Shown piece after piece: positions 14,465 to 28,019 of a DNA stretch of 64,000 bases. The stretch is from Octopus vulgaris. Taxonomy: Eukaryota. Each line of letters opens with the position of its first letter. The stretch's first letter is position 1. The stretch lies in NCBI GenBank assembly GCA_951406725.2, contig OX597838.1:9176001-9240000 (forward strand). The letters are read 5' to 3'. The translations under genes were made by a program, and so were the position numbers. Below the pieces are notes generated by a model that saw nothing but the letters and a program-made list of their open reading frames with translations, did not search any database and was not told the DNA's origin.

Positions 14465-16301
14465 GTAAGTAGCTTGTTTACCAACCACATGATTCCGGGT
14501 TCAGTCCCACTGTGTGGCACCTTGGGCAAGTGTCTTCTACTATAGCCTTGGGCCGACCAAAGCCTTGTGAGTGGATTTGGTAGACGGAAACTGAAAGACG
14601 CCCGTCGTATATATGTGTATATATATATATGCGTGTATGTGTTTGTGTGTCTGCGTTTGTCCCCCTAGCATTGCTTGACAACCGATGCTGGTGTGTTTAT
14701 GTCCCCGTTACTTAGCAGTTCGGCAAAAGAGACCGATACTGGGCTTACAAAAGAATAAGTCCCAGGGTCGAGTTGCTCAATTAAAAAGGCGGTGCTCCAG
14801 CATGGCCGCAGTCAAATGACTGAAACAAGTAAAAGAGTAAAAGAATATATAGGCAGTGTTTGTTAAGGCTCAGACACACTGAGCTGTTACTTAGGGGCCT
14901 GACAGGTCTAGGGTACCAGTTCCGATCTATGTATTCTGTGACTTGCTGTCAATAAATATTGTAGGGCCCACTGCTTTGGTTTACCTAGGGACTTATGATG
15001 CTGTTAAGACAGTCCTGTATATAAGTTGTTTTTGATGTTTTTTCGTCTATATACACCGGTTGTTGTGGTTGGATTCAAACCAGATACAGTTCAGACACCA
15101 CTGATAGCAACTTTCATCCTTTCAGGTTTGATAAAATACCAGTCAGCTATTGGTGTTGACAAGCCTTGTGCCTATAGTAGAAAGAATTTATTATTATCAT
15201 TATTATTATTATTGAGTGAGAGAGCAGTTCATGCCATCAAAGTGACACTGGAGTAAAATATACGAAGCCCAGTATACCCATCATGACTACCCGTCTGATT
15301 AGGGTACACCAGGCACATGCATCACAACCATATGTGCGCGACATGGTGATCTCATATCAAGATAAACAGCACATGACCTTGCAGGTGGGGCCCAGTTAGA
15401 ATTTTCTTCAGGTTGAGTAGCCCATCCTGCTCAAAAGGTCCCTGAATAAGGGTTGTTTAAGGATGTTGAAAGAACCACCCATGTTTCCAGAGGTGAATTA
15501 TTCAAACCCCAAAGAATCCCTCTCAACACATGGCTATGATGCTCCCCCACTACTTCTGCTCGTGATCAGAGATGCACATGTCGTCAGCCACTAAGGGACA
15601 TGCTCAACTGGTTTATTATTATTATTATTATTATTATTAAGGTGGTGTGCTGGTAGAATCGTTAGCATGCCGGGCAAAATGCTTACCAGTTATTTCATCT
15701 GTTTTCATGTTTTGTGTTCAAATTCTGCTGAGGTCAGCTTTGCCTTTCATCCTTTTAGGGGCGATGAAATAAGTACCAGTTACACACTGGGGTCGATGTA
15801 ATCGGATTACTCCCACCCCAAATTGACTGAACAAAATAAAAGAACCACTGATTCCTTAGTGAAACTTAAAGCTAAGGGAGGTAACTCTTGTAACTCTCAT
15901 GGTCACTTTACCTGCTAGAAATAGCAGCCCAAATGCTTTTAAATCAGATCCCAATGCTGGATGTTCCAGAACCAAATGAAGGGCAGATTTTCAACCCCGG
16001 GATCATCTTGATTCTAAAAAAAAAAGGTATGTCTATGCAGAACAAATGTAGACTGAGACACAGGTATACCACACAGACAAAATTTCACTTTTATATATAG
16101 AAAGTCTAGAAAAAGAACAAATTTTCTGTAAAAATATCATTTCTGATGATTCTTCGAAATGATATGAAAGCATTAAATAAAATAAATATTCCAAATTCTG
16201 ATTGCCTTCTTTTTCTTAAAAAAAAATGATATACACACACACACACTCACATATAGAGTAAAAGAGTAAAAGAGAGTTTATATGTATATGTATATATATA
16301 T

Positions 16302-16710
16302 AGGCGCAGGAGTGGCTGTGTGGTAAGTAGCTTGCTAACCAACCACATGGTTGCGGGTTCAGTCCCACTGCGTGGCACCTTGAGCAAGTGTCTTCTGCTA
16401 TAGCTCCAGGCCGACCAATGCCTTGTGAGTGGATTTGGTAGACGGAAACTGAAAGAAGCCTGTCGTATATATGTATATATATATATATGTATGTGTGTGT
16501 GTTTGTGTGTATGTGTTTGTCCCCCTAGCATTGCTTGACAACCGATGCTGGTGTGTTTACGTCCCCGTCACTTAGCGGTTCGGCAAAACAGACCGATAGA
16601 ATAAGTACTGGGCTTGCAAAGAATAAGTCCCGGGGTCGATTTGCTCGACTAAAGGCGGTGCTCCAGCATGGCCGCAGTCAAATGACTGAAACAAGTAAAA
16701 GAGTAAAAAG
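16302..16710 (+). mobile_element. SINE family B (tRNA-like head, internal microsatellite, AAAAGAGT-type tail), representative full-length copy
   Basis: AGGCGCAGGAGTGGCTGTGTGGTAAG...GGTTCAGTCCC (A/B-box-like)...GAAACAAGTAAAAGAGTAAAA. Other copies at about 4224-4627(-), 8345-8740(+), 14461-14845(+), 19860-20312(+), 28650-29059(-), 36603-37180(-, with internal duplication), 50044-50200(+), 51385-51723(-) and 61878-62070(-). Confidence 0.85.
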
Positions 16711-17094
16711 ATACATATTTTTTTTTTACTTTTTCACCTGTTTGTCATTAGACTGTAGCCAACGCTGGGGCACCACTTGCAAGAATTTTCGTCACAAGAA
16801 TTAGTTCCAGCATTTCTTTTTTCAAAACTACTAAGCCACCGTGACATAAACACACCCACACCGGTAGTCAAACGATGGTGGTGGTGGTGGGGAGGCAAAT
16901 GTAGACAAAAACACACTGTAGGCTTCTTCTAGCTTCCAACAAGCAAGTTCCTGTATAAGGTTTCTACTATAGCCTGAGGCCATCAATAGTAGAAGACACT
17001 TGCCCAAGGTGCCACACAGTGGGATTGAACCCAAAACCATGTGGATGGGAAGCAAGCTTCTTACCACACTGCCATGCCTGTGTATTAGTTCTTT

Positions 17095-17284
<190 letters not shown>

Positions 17285-17799
17285 ATCCAAACAAGAAAGC
17301 ACAAAAAAACACAACAACGCGAGGACGTGGAACAAATATAGTATTATTGGATGCTCAGGAAAGAAGGGAAGAAGGAGGGTTTGACGTTTCGAGCGGAGCT
17401 CTTCGTCGGAAGCATAGGAGAAGGAAAGGTCCCGAGAAGGGAAGACAGAGGGAAAAAAATCGCTAGTGATACAGACGAGGTCACATGATGATGATGATAT
17501 ATATATATATATATATATATCATCATCATCATCATTTAACATCCATTGTCCATGTTGACATGGGTTGGATGGTTTGACTGGGTTGGCACACTGAAAGGCT
17601 GTACCAGACTCCAGTCTGATTTGGCATGGTTTTCTATGGCTGGATGCCCTTCCTAACACTAACCATTCTGTGAGTGTATTTGGTGCTTTTACATGCCACC
17701 AGCATGGGTACCAATTTGCGAAACACTGGTATCTGCCACAATTGTGATTTCACTCAGCTTTTTTTCAAGCATAACATAATGCCAAAGGTCTTTGGTTAT

Positions 17800-18032
17800 T
17801 GCCTCTGTGAGGCCCAACACTCGAAAGGAACTCGGCCACCTTGCTTCTGTGAGGCCCAATGCTTGAACAGAACTCAGACACTTTGCCGCTGTCAGGCCAA
17901 ACGCTTGAGAGGAACTCAGCCACTTTGTGTCCGTGAGGCCCAGTGCTCAAAAGGAACTCAGACACTTTGCCTCCATCAGGCCCAATGCCCAAAAGGAACT
18001 CAGACACTTTGCCTCCGTGAGGCTCAACATTC
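17800..18032. repeat. ~43-bp tandem repeat, about 5 copies
   Basis: Unit approximately GAGGCCCAAYGCTCGAAAGGAACTCAGACACTTTGCCTCCGT, adjacent to a family C element. Confidence 0.8.
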
Positions 18033-18610
18033 AACATTTGGGTAGAGATTCAGTTATAAGAGCAAGGTCATCAGCATAGAGGAGCTCCCAGGGGCAGTCG
18101 TGGTTGGCATTAGGAAGGGCATCCACCCGTAGAAATCATGCCAAATCAGACTGGAACTTGGTATGGCTTTCTGGCTTCCTAGTTCCAATCAAACCATCTG
18201 ACCCATGCCAGCATGGAAAGCAGATACTAAATGATGATGACTATGATGATGATATCTACTATTAGCAAATGAAATGAAACAGGTGCTTTGGTGAGTAAAT
18301 AATACCAAAAAATTTCCAATTTCCTGTTTTTTATTTAAGAACTAATCTATATTTTATATCTGTACCTAAATCTACATCTATCTATTTATCTCTTGAGGTG
18401 CAGGTGTGGCTGTGATCATAGGCACAGGTGTGAGTGTGTGGTAAGAAGTTTGCTTCTGAAACTCATGGTTCCAGGTTCAGTCCCACCATTAATATAAGTA
18501 CTAGGCTTACAAAGAATAACTCCTGGGGTCGACTCGTTCAACTAAAGGCGGTGCACCAGCATGGCCACAGTCAAAATGGCTGAAACAAGTAAAAGAATAA
18601 AAGAATATGA

Positions 18611-18649
<39 letters not shown>

Positions 18650-18675
18650 TGTGTGTGTGTTTGTGTGTGTGTATA

Positions 18676-20405
18676 CAGGTGTTGGACAAAATAATGGAAA
18701 CACCTTAAAATTTCAAACAAATTTATTTTAATATGGGGTAGGACCGCCTTTGTCAGTAATTACAGTTTGAATTCTACACGGTATGAACTCATACAAGGTT
18801 TGAATTATTTCCAAAGGAATTTTTGTCCATTCTTCAGCTAAAACAGTCTCCAGTTCTTGTAGTGATGATGGTGGAGGATATTGGCTCCTTGTTTTTCTAA
18901 AATGCACCATAAATGTTCAATGATATTGGGATCTAGGGACTGTGGTGGCCAGATAAGATGTTCAACTTCACTAGAATGTTCCTTGTGCTATTCAGTAACA
19001 ACATTAGCTGTGTGAATTTGCGCATTATCATCCTGAAAGATTGCGTTTCACTCTGTAAACAGTTCCGCAACCATATGATGAATTTGATGAGATAAAATGC
19101 TTAAATAGTCTTGACTATTAATTCTGCCATGAAGGGAAACCATTCAGCCAGTGGATTTCCAAGATATAGGCCCCAACAGATCATCACAGATCCTCCTCCA
19201 TGTTTAATAGTTGGAAGAAGGCAGTCTGCGGCAAATGCTTCTTTTGGCTGTCTCCACATTTATAAACAGCCAGTGGTTGGAAATAAAGTAAAGGATAACT
19301 CGTCTGAGAAAATAACATTCTTCCACTGCTCTAGGGACCACTTCAGTAGGTTTTTATTCCACTCTAAACGCTTTGCAACATTTGTTTTTGAAAGTAGTGG
19401 TTTTTTGATTGCAGCCCTCTCATGAAATCTGGCTTTGTGCAGTTCCCGGCAAATAGTTTTTGTGGAAACTAGGTTCTCACGGTAGTCATTAAGCTCTGCA
19501 GTAATTTTGGGAGCTGTATTTTTGTGCTCCTTTCTAACAATTCACGTAAGAGTCCGATGGTCCTTATCTGAAAGTTTTGGTTTTCTTCTAGAGTTTTGTT
19601 TCGACAAGGAAGTTTTTCCAACTTTCTCAAAGGCTGTCATTACTTTCAAGAAAGTACTTCTTGATACACCAAACATTTCAACTGTTTTTGTTACGCTAGC
19701 GCCTGCCATATGAGCACCAACAGTTTGACCTCTTTGAAAGTCTGACAGATCTGTCACTTTAAAGAATTTTAATTATGTTTTTCTGATGATATCTGAAAAG
19801 AAACAGCAATTTTAGCAAAACATATTAAGCAACACTAATGATACAATAAAAAAAAAAAGCAGGAGTGGCTAGGCACAGGAGTGGCTAGGCACAGGAGTGG
19901 CTAGGCACAAGAGTGGCTGTGTGGTAAGTAGATTGTTTACTAACCACATGGTTCCAGGTTCAGTCCTACTGCGTGGCATCTTGGGCAAGTGTCTTCTGCT
20001 ATAGCCCCGGGCCGACCAATGCCTTGTGAGTGGATTTGATAGACGGAAACTGAAAGAAGCCCGTCGTATATATGTATATATATATATGCGTGTGTGTGTT
20101 TGTGTGTCTGTGTTTGTCCCCCTAGCATTGCTTGACAACCGATGCTGGTGTGTTTATATCCCCCGTTACTTAGCGGTTCGGCAAAAGAGACCGATAGAAT
20201 AAGTACTGGGCTTACAAAAAGAATAAGTCCCTGGGGTCGAGTTGCTCGATTAAAGGCGGTGCTCCAGCATGGCCGCAGTCAAATGACTGAAACAAGTAAA
20301 AGAGTAAAGAGTATAAAAATAAACAAGCTTTTGATGGGTTTTATAGATATTTCAAAATTATTATGCTATGGTGCTAGGTGTTTCCGTTATTTTGTCCAAC
20401 CCCTG
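18676..20405 (-). mobile_element. Decayed Tc1-like (DD34E) DNA transposon with nested SINE
   Basis: TA-flanked TIRs CAGGTGTTGGACAAAATAATGGAAACACC / GGTGTTTCCGTTATTTTGTCCAACCCCTG. Minus-strand remnants include DLSDFQRGQ...FGVSRST (HTH), WKNVIFSDE, FQDDNA and WPPQSLDPNIIEHLW, with stops and frameshifts. SINE inserted at about 19860-20312. Confidence 0.9.
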
Positions 20406-20643
20406 TAATAATGTGGGTGTGTCTTTATGTCTGTATTTGTTCTCCCCCACCATTGCTTCACAACCGATGTTGATGTGTTTACGTCCCTGTAACTTAGCGG
20501 TTCGGCAATAGAGAACGATAGAATAAGTACTAGGCTTATAAGAAATAAGTTCTGGGGTCGATTTCTGTGACTGAAAATCTCTTTAAGGTGATGCTCCAGC
20601 ATAGCCGCAGTCAAATGACTGAAACAAATAAAAGAGTAAAAGA

Positions 20644-20685
<42 letters not shown>

Positions 20686-22170
20686 GGCGGCGAGCTGGCA
20701 GAAACGTTAGCACGCCGGGCGAAGTGCTTAGCGGTATTTCGTCTGCCGCTACGTTCTGAGTTCAAATTCCGCCGAGGTCGACTTTGCCTTTCATCCTTTC
20801 GGGGTCGAATAAATAAGTACCAGTTACGCACTGGGTCGATGTTATCGACTTAATACCTATGTCTGTCCTTGTTTGTCCCCTCCGTGTGTAGCCCCTTGTG
20901 GGTAATAAAGAAATAGGTATTTCGTCTGCCGTTACGTTCTGAGTTCAAATTCCGTCGAGGTCGATTTTGTCTTTCATCCTTTCGGGGTCGAATAAATAAG
21001 TACCAGTTACGCACTGGGGTCGATATAATCGACTTTATCCGTTTGTCTGTCCCCTCCGTGTGTAGCCCCTTGTGGGTAATAAAGAAATAGGTATTTCGTC
21101 TGCCGTTACGTTCTGAGTTCAAATTCCGTCGAGGTCGATTTTGTCTTTCATCCTTTCGGGGTCGAATAAATAAGTACCAGTTACGCACTGGGGTCGATAT
21201 AATCGACTTTATCCGTTTGTCTGTCCTCTCTGTGTTTAGCCCCTTGTGGGTAGTAAAGAAATGGGTATTTCGTCTGCCGTTACGTTCTGAGTTCAAATTC
21301 CGCCGAGGTCGACTTTGCCTTTCATCCTTTCGGAGTTGATTAAATAAGTACCAGTTACGCACTGGAGTCGATATAATCGACTTAATCCGTTTGTCTGTCC
21401 TTGTTTGTCCTCTCTATGTTTAGCCCCTTGTGGGTAGTAAAGAAATTGGTATTTCGTCTGCCGCTACGTTCTGAGTTCAAATTCCGCGAGGTCGACTTTG
21501 CCATTCATCCTTTCGGGGTCGATTAAATAAGTACCAGTTACGCACTGGGTCGATGTAATCGACTTAATACCTATGTCTGTCCTTGTTTGTCCTCTCTGTG
21601 TTTAGCCCCTTGTGGGTAGTAAAGAAATAGGTATTTCGTCTGCCGTTACGTTCTGAGTTCAAGTTCCGCCGAGGTCGACTTTGCCATTCATCCTTTCGGG
21701 GTCGATTAAATAAGTACCAGTTACGCACTGGGTCGATGTAATCGACTTAATACCTATGTCTGTCCTTGTTTGTCCTCTCTGTGTTTAGCCCCTTGTGGGT
21801 AGTAAAGAAATAGGTATTTCGTCTGCCGTTACGTTCTGAGTTCAAGTTCCGCCGAGGTCGACTTTGCCATTCATCCTTTCGGGGTCGATTAAATAAGTAC
21901 CAGTTACGCACTGGGTCGATGTAATCGACTTAATACCTATGTCTGTCCTTGTTTGTCCTCTCTGTGTTTAGCCCCTTGTGGGTAGTCAAGAAATAGGTAT
22001 TTCGTCTGCCGTTACGTTCTGAGTTCAAGTTCCGCCGAGGTCGACTTTGCCATTCATCCTTTCGGGGTCGATTAAATAAGTACCAGTTACGCACTGGGGT
22101 CGATATAATCAACTTAATCCCTTGTCTGTCCCCCTCAATGTCTAGCCCCCTGTGTGCAATATAGAAATAT
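20686..22170 (+). repeat. Tandem array of 8 SINE (family A) bodies behind a single tRNA-like head
   Basis: Units begin GGTATTTCGTCTGCC at about 20733, 20916, 21090, 21264, 21448, 21630, 21813 and 21996 (period 174-184 bp). Each carries the B-box-like GTTCAA(A/G)TTCC; the head GGCGAGCTGGCAGAAACGTTAG occurs once. Confidence 0.92.
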
Positions 22171-22861
22171 ATGTGTGTGTGTGTGTGTGTGTATGTGTGT
22201 GTGTGCGTGTGTGCTTATGTATCTATGCGTGTAATGCGTATGTCATACAATCGTGTTAAAAGTGGTTTTATTTAGTGATATTATTGAATAATGTTTATAA
22301 GCGAAATATGCTTTGCCATTTATTGCCGCGCTGTTGCCATTCGATTGTAATGTTAAACCCGGGGCAAATATCAAATCGAATGAAATAAAATAAAATGAAA
22401 TAAAATGAAATTAGAGATAAAATAAAATATAAACCGATATTTTCGTCCTGTAACAGTTGTGTATTGCTATTGTGGTTTAGTGTGAGAGACGAACTAAACT
22501 AATCGCCCACGGTTTTTTTTTCTTTCTTTCTTTCTTGTTTGCTTTTGTTTAATAACACACCTGATAAGTGAAAGAGAAGAAGAGGAGGAGGAGAGGAGGA
22601 AGAAGAGATAATGAAAGGCCATCGGTCTTTTTCTTTTCTTTCTTTCTTTTTTGTCCTATAATAATAATTATCTCATGTGACCGAATCGCATCACAATAAG
22701 CAACCCACCGGGATTAAGACCAGATTTTTTTTTATTTTCACTGTGGTACACGCCATCCCCAAAACTGAACGAATTTCCGTTTAAAAAAAACGGAAAAGAA
22801 GAAGATTAAAACATAACCAAGTGCTGCAGTAGAAACAACAGTGAAATAACAAGATATAGTA

Positions 22862-22992
22862 ATGGGTTATTGCGATTTTATTTTGAGTTTAATTTTCGAG
22901 TATGATACTCCAAAGATCGTCCACATCCACAGTAAGAAAGTCGGCGTCATCAATCGTTTATTACAACTGATTATAATAGGATATATTGTTGG
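22862..22992 (+). CDS. P2X: P2X receptor exon 1 (start, intracellular N-terminus, TM1)
   Basis: ATG at 22862 gives MGYCDFILSLIFEYDTPKIVHIHSKKVGVINRLLQLIIIGYIVG, with the conserved FEYxTPK (TxK) motif and TM1 (R-L-L-Q-L-I-I-I-G-Y). Ends GG|gtaagt, phase 2. Confidence 0.95.
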
Positions 22993-24599
22993 GTAAGTCG
23001 TTGTATTTTCTTTTCTTTCTCTCGTTTTTGATGGGTTTTTTCCCTTTTATTTATATGAAATAACTGATGGTTTTTAAAACAAGGAAAGAGAAGAAAAAAG
23101 ATGGAGAAAAGAAGAGACTTTGTACTCCCCCAATTTGATTAAAAATGGGAGTTTTTTTTATATGTATATAAGGTATATATAACTAGTGCTAAATACCAGT
23201 TGTTGATGAAGGACAGGCTCCTGGGAGAATGGAGGTGTTTTACGAGAGGGGTTTGATGAAAATTTGCTGGTCGCAGTCTAAAGTAAGGATTATAAAACCT
23301 TGTCGGGTTTACAGAAAGAACAGATGACCCACCAACGACAACAAAGGGGCTGACGAAAGAAAATATTCTAGACCTAGATCTAGATGATTCTGGCTGAAAA
23401 GGGGGCTATTAGTGGAGATCAATTAAATGTCGTTTGGATACAGGCCTAAACTTGCTCAATTTGGGTCGAATTGCTTGGCTGAGGGTTGTTTTTGGACCCG
23501 AAAACATCTCGGATATACACGACGCTGACCACGTATCCGAATATTACATCCATAAATATGTGTTGAGTTAACAACGTTTGCTGTTGTTGAAGAAACAACG
23601 ATAAATCGAAAGCATTCTACTTACGAAATGTTTTCGTCAATACTCACACATGAGGTCACAATAGCCGCAACAGGATATCTGTGCGGGACAGACATTCCTT
23701 CGAGTTGTAATAACGAAAGTGAAAATATTGACATTAGCGACAATATCCCGTTGACTGGATCGAATAGATGCCTCGCCCACTTTTTTTCCCCCCCACTTTC
23801 TCATATTTCTTTTCTTTTTCGTTTCCTTTTTCAAAAGTTACTGCTTTTTCTGAAGTTTTTCCACAACGGAGATTACGACTTCACCAAAAGGAAAAAGAAA
23901 CGGCTTTTTACATTTTTCTTATTCCCCCTTCTTCTCAACCTTTTTTTTTCTTTTTGACTTAAGTTTAAAATAAAATTATTACAATTCTGTAAAACATTTG
24001 TTTTTTAAAATTAAATTTTTTTTAAATCGCAAAATATTTTTTTCTAAATTTTCTATACCCATTGCTTACAATAATTTTCGGCTTTCAATTTGTAATAATA
24101 AATTGAGAAGGTTTTCAATAGATACGTTGTAAACACAGCTAGTTCACTTATACTAAACTTGGAATCTTTCGGTTTAAGATCACGTAGTGAAAGTGAAAAA
24201 CAAAATCGTCAATGAAATGAATATCACCTGATCTATTTGCATGATCTCTAGCATGCCCTAAATGGTTATTTACTACCGAGTGCTACAAGGTAGAAATAAA
24301 AATTAGCGTTGTGAAGATTGAAACATTGGCCCTCACTAGAGAACCTTCTCAGTGCATTCTGCATGTTAATGTGGGACATCACTGTGCCAGGGAGCCGTGT
24401 TCATCAGCGATGGAAGGCAGAAGTTTGAATTTGGATGCTAAACTTGCAGGATCTTGCACAGTGATGTGTCATCCCCAACATTTGATCCACAGAAGAGAAA
24501 AGAGCCATTAAAAATAACCAAACTTACTGTCTTTAATACAGTTTGGGAATTATTTTATCTTCAATTTGATTAGCCAACATCCATGAGCAGACTGAAAGA

Positions 24600-25022
24600 G
24601 TTGTATCAGGAATACAAGTGGCCGAAATAGGTTTCTCTGATGGGTCTCTGGAGTAACCTTACTGGACAAGATGCATAGACCAGAGATCAGATCGTCTCTC
24701 CAGGTTCAGCTGTTACTTCTCGTGATTGAAAGGTCACAGCTCTGGTCTTGCAGACATGAGATTAGAATGTCGCAGGAAAGAATTGCAAGACGGATTCTTC
24801 AAAGTGAGCCAAACTGGCAGGGACCCTAGGGACAGACCAAGAACAAAATGGTCGGATAATATCTATGATCTCAGTTGGTTATGTTTAGGAATACACCCAG
24901 AAAGTCTAACAACAGTTGCTTCTGTTAGGACCCAATAGAGAAGGTATGTGAGGACTCCTTCCCCCATGACCCTCCTAGGGATAGTTGACAGAGAAAATGG
25001 TTGAATGGATGGATGGATGGAT
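24600..25022 (+). mobile_element. Decayed RTE-like LINE 3' fragment
   Basis: GRDPRDRPRTKWSDNI motif followed by a (GGAT)n tail. Confidence 0.65.
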
Positions 25023-25579
25023 TCATTCATTTTGAAAAGTCCAAGTGACCCTTCATGAATGATAATTGATAATGAATTAACAGTGAATGTCTGAATCTCT
25101 TATGACTAATATATGAAAGTAAAAATATTTAATTTGTAGAGTAATAATGTGCATTACAACTAAAAAGATTGCATAAATGGCTGGTTTAAATGGTTTATTT
25201 GCTAGCAAAATAATTTATTTGCATAACTGGCTTAATTGCTAGCAAAATAGATATAATGCACTTAATAAATTTTGTTTTCGTATCACTTTGGTTTTACAAG
25301 AATGTTATTGAACAAGTTCAGTTGAATTAGATGAAAATTAGAGATAAGGAAACTGGTTTTTCCATTATCAAGTGCTTTCAAATTTCCAAATGTGGCCATC
25401 ACAATAAGTATGGCTTGTGTCGGTGTGTAACATGCATCGGCTAATAGGTTTTTTATGGCACCTCATGGACATCTAAAAGTTCACGAGCAGACATAGACAT
25501 CCTTCTTGGTGCTGTGATATCTGGAGGAAAAGAAGACTGCATTATGACTGACTTTGTTTCCATGAATTTTGTAAAATCT

Positions 25580-25960
25580 ATCTATCTATCTGCTCAGTCG
25601 AAGTTGACTCTCGGTTACTCGATGGATCAGTGTCCTCCAGTCAGTTCTATCCTGGGCCGCTTCTTTCAGATTGGCTATATCCATTCCGGTATCACTCTTG
25701 ATGGTGTCAAGCCAGCGGGTTCTTGGTCGGCCTCTTCCTCTCTTGCCACTGACCATTCTGAGCACGATGTCCTTCTCCAGAGATTTTCTCCGCATAATAT
25801 GACCAAAATATGCCAATCTATGCTTGGTGATCCTAGCTTCTAGCGACATTTTCAGCCTGATCTGCTACAGAACTTCTCCATTGGTGAGCCTCGCTGTCCA
25901 TGGAATCCGTAAAAGTCTTCTCCAACACCAAAGCTCGAATGCATTAATTCTCTTCTGGTC
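25580..25960 (-). mobile_element. RTE-clade LINE 3' fragment
   Basis: RRINAFELWCWRRLLRIPWTAR...RLAYFGHIMRR..LEKDIVL..VSGKRGRGRPRTRWLDTIK...DRTDWR followed by a (GATA)n tail; typical RTE ORF2 C-terminus. Confidence 0.85.
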
Positions 25961-26291
25961 ATTTGTAAAATAACTTTGTTATTATTAAGCTGGTGTTTAG
26001 AACATAAATTAAATGGGAATTTTAATGGAAGGTTTTGATTTATGCCGCTTTAAAACAAGAAAGTTATACCATAAAAGCAACATTGGTCAGAAACAAGTTA
26101 ACCTTTTTGATGCCAGCCTGCTTTCAAGACTGCCCTGGTTCTCTAATACAAACTTCATGTTTTTACGTGATCTGAATCAAAACCCTCCATCAAAATTTCA
26201 TGTTAATTTATGTTCTAAACCCTAGATTAACAATAAATAGTCGTTATTTTTCTCAAATTAGATGTCTTCAGATGAAAAAGCAAAAAAAAAA

Positions 26292-26603
26292 GGTTCACTA
26301 CCCTGATAGATATTCCCTATCCTGATAGAAGTTCCCTATCTTGATAGAAGTTCCTTATCCTGATAGAGGTTCCCTACCCTGATAGAGGCTCCCTATCCTA
26401 ATAGAAGTTCCCTACCCAGATAGAAGTTCCCTATCTTGATAGAAGTTCCCAATCCTGATACAGGTTCCCTACCCTGACAGAGGTTCCCTATCCTGATAGA
26501 GGCTTCCTACCCTGACAGAGGTTCCCTATCCCAACAGAGGTTCCCTATCCCAACAGAGGTTCCCTATCCCAATAGAGGTTCCCTATCCCGACAGAGGTTC
26601 CCT
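26292..26603. repeat. 19-bp minisatellite, about 16 copies
   Basis: Unit GTTCCCTATCCTGATAGAG with variants. Confidence 0.9.
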
Positions 26604-27709
26604 CTAAATAGTTTATTTTTTAATCCTTTCCCATCCAAGGCACATACGTTAAAACAAAAGTGTGAAACCTCTTCTGTTCCGGTGGAAAGTGGAATGACAT
26701 AAAAAGTAGGTTTTTTTAGTTTCCTATTCTACAATAAATATTTAAAACAATTTCTGCACAGATGTAGTTTTTCACACCAATTATGAAAATCATAACCATT
26801 TTTTGAGATATTAAAAGCAAAGAAGTTATGAATCTTTAAATATTGAAATTGTTTGGAATTTCTAGAAAAAAATTGGATCTGGTATGTGACATTGAAAATA
26901 TCCTAAAATTCTGTAGAATGTTTCTGTGTTGGAAGAAAAAAGGAATTTTTAATTTTAGAATTTCATGAATTGACGTAAAATAACTCAGGCAACATTAATT
27001 AAAGTGTTATAATACATTAATTAGTCACACAATTATAATGATTTAATGCAAACATGAAAGGCACCACAGAGTATAATGTTGAGATTTTTATGAAAAATAA
27101 TTTAAACAAAATGAAGTTTGTTTAGAATAATATAATTTTGCAGACAGGTGGTGCTCCAGCATGGCCACAATCAAATGACTGAAACAAGTAAAAGAATAAA
27201 AGAACATAACGAGTCATGAATGATTAGAATGTCAGAAAAAAGTGTTTTGCAGAATTTGTTTCAATTCTTTATGCTGTGAGTTCAAATCCAGCCGAGATTT
27301 AACTTTGCCTCTCATCCATCTGGGGGTCAATAAAATAAAGTACCGACCAAGTACTGGGGTCAAAGGCATCATCAAACCCTTTCCTTCAAAAATTGTTGGT
27401 GTTGCACCTAAATGAAAGTTTTCTTTAAGTCAGCCTACCTTAATTGGCTGAGCACTTGGCGCTGAAAATTTGAATTATATGCTGGAAAATACGGTATTTG
27501 GCAATCGGCTAACAATTTGACCGAGTAACTAATTAATTGTTTGATTAATTCCTCAGTCAATCAATCCATCAGTCAATCAATCAATCAGTCATCATCATTC
27601 ACAACTTCTTCAATAATATATCCAAGTCTGCTTCAGGTATTTCACTTGCATAATGGTCCTCCTTATATATAACACAATGTCCAAGTGGAATAATATATAT
27701 AAATATATC

Positions 27710-28019
27710 ATCGTGATCACCGAGACCGACCAGGCTATCAGATGTTGCTACACATCGCTGGTCACAATGCGCTTCACATTGTTTTAACCTTCAAACGATG
27801 CCACCCTGCTGGCTAAGCAAGCAGGCCAACAGAAGAAAGAGTGAGAGAAAGTTGTGGTGAAAGAGTACAAGCAGGGATCACCACCACCCCCTGCTGGAGC
27901 CTCGTGGAGCTTTAGGTGTTTTCGCTCAATAAACACTCACAATGCCCTGTCTGGGAATCAAAACTGCGATTCTACGACTGCGGGTCTGCTGCCCTAACCA
28001 CTGGGCCATTGCGCCTCCA
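27710..28019 (-). mobile_element. SINE family D (tRNA-like head GGAGGCGCAATGGCCCAGTGGTTAGGGCAGC), representative copy
   Basis: The same sequence recurs at about 6491-6790(+), 8850-8970(-), 32760-32921(-), 40560-40730(+) and 49712-50005(-). Confidence 0.8.

Noticed and set aside
16302-16380. tRNA genes at SINE heads
   Set aside because: A/B-box-like motifs are present but run into SINE bodies and do not form a complete cloverleaf.
20686-22170. CRISPR array or hammerhead retrozyme interpretation of the tandem array; ORF 20850-21362
   Set aside because: Units are near-identical along their whole length with no unique spacers, there are no cas genes, the context is eukaryotic, and I found no CTGANGA...GAAA core in the unit on either strand. 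The ORF is repeat-derived.
23637-23834. Minus-strand ORF ending GYCDLMCEY, reminiscent of the P2X N-terminus GYCDF..FEY
   Set aside because: Wrong strand, very short similarity and no TPK or TM1 continuation; treated as coincidence.
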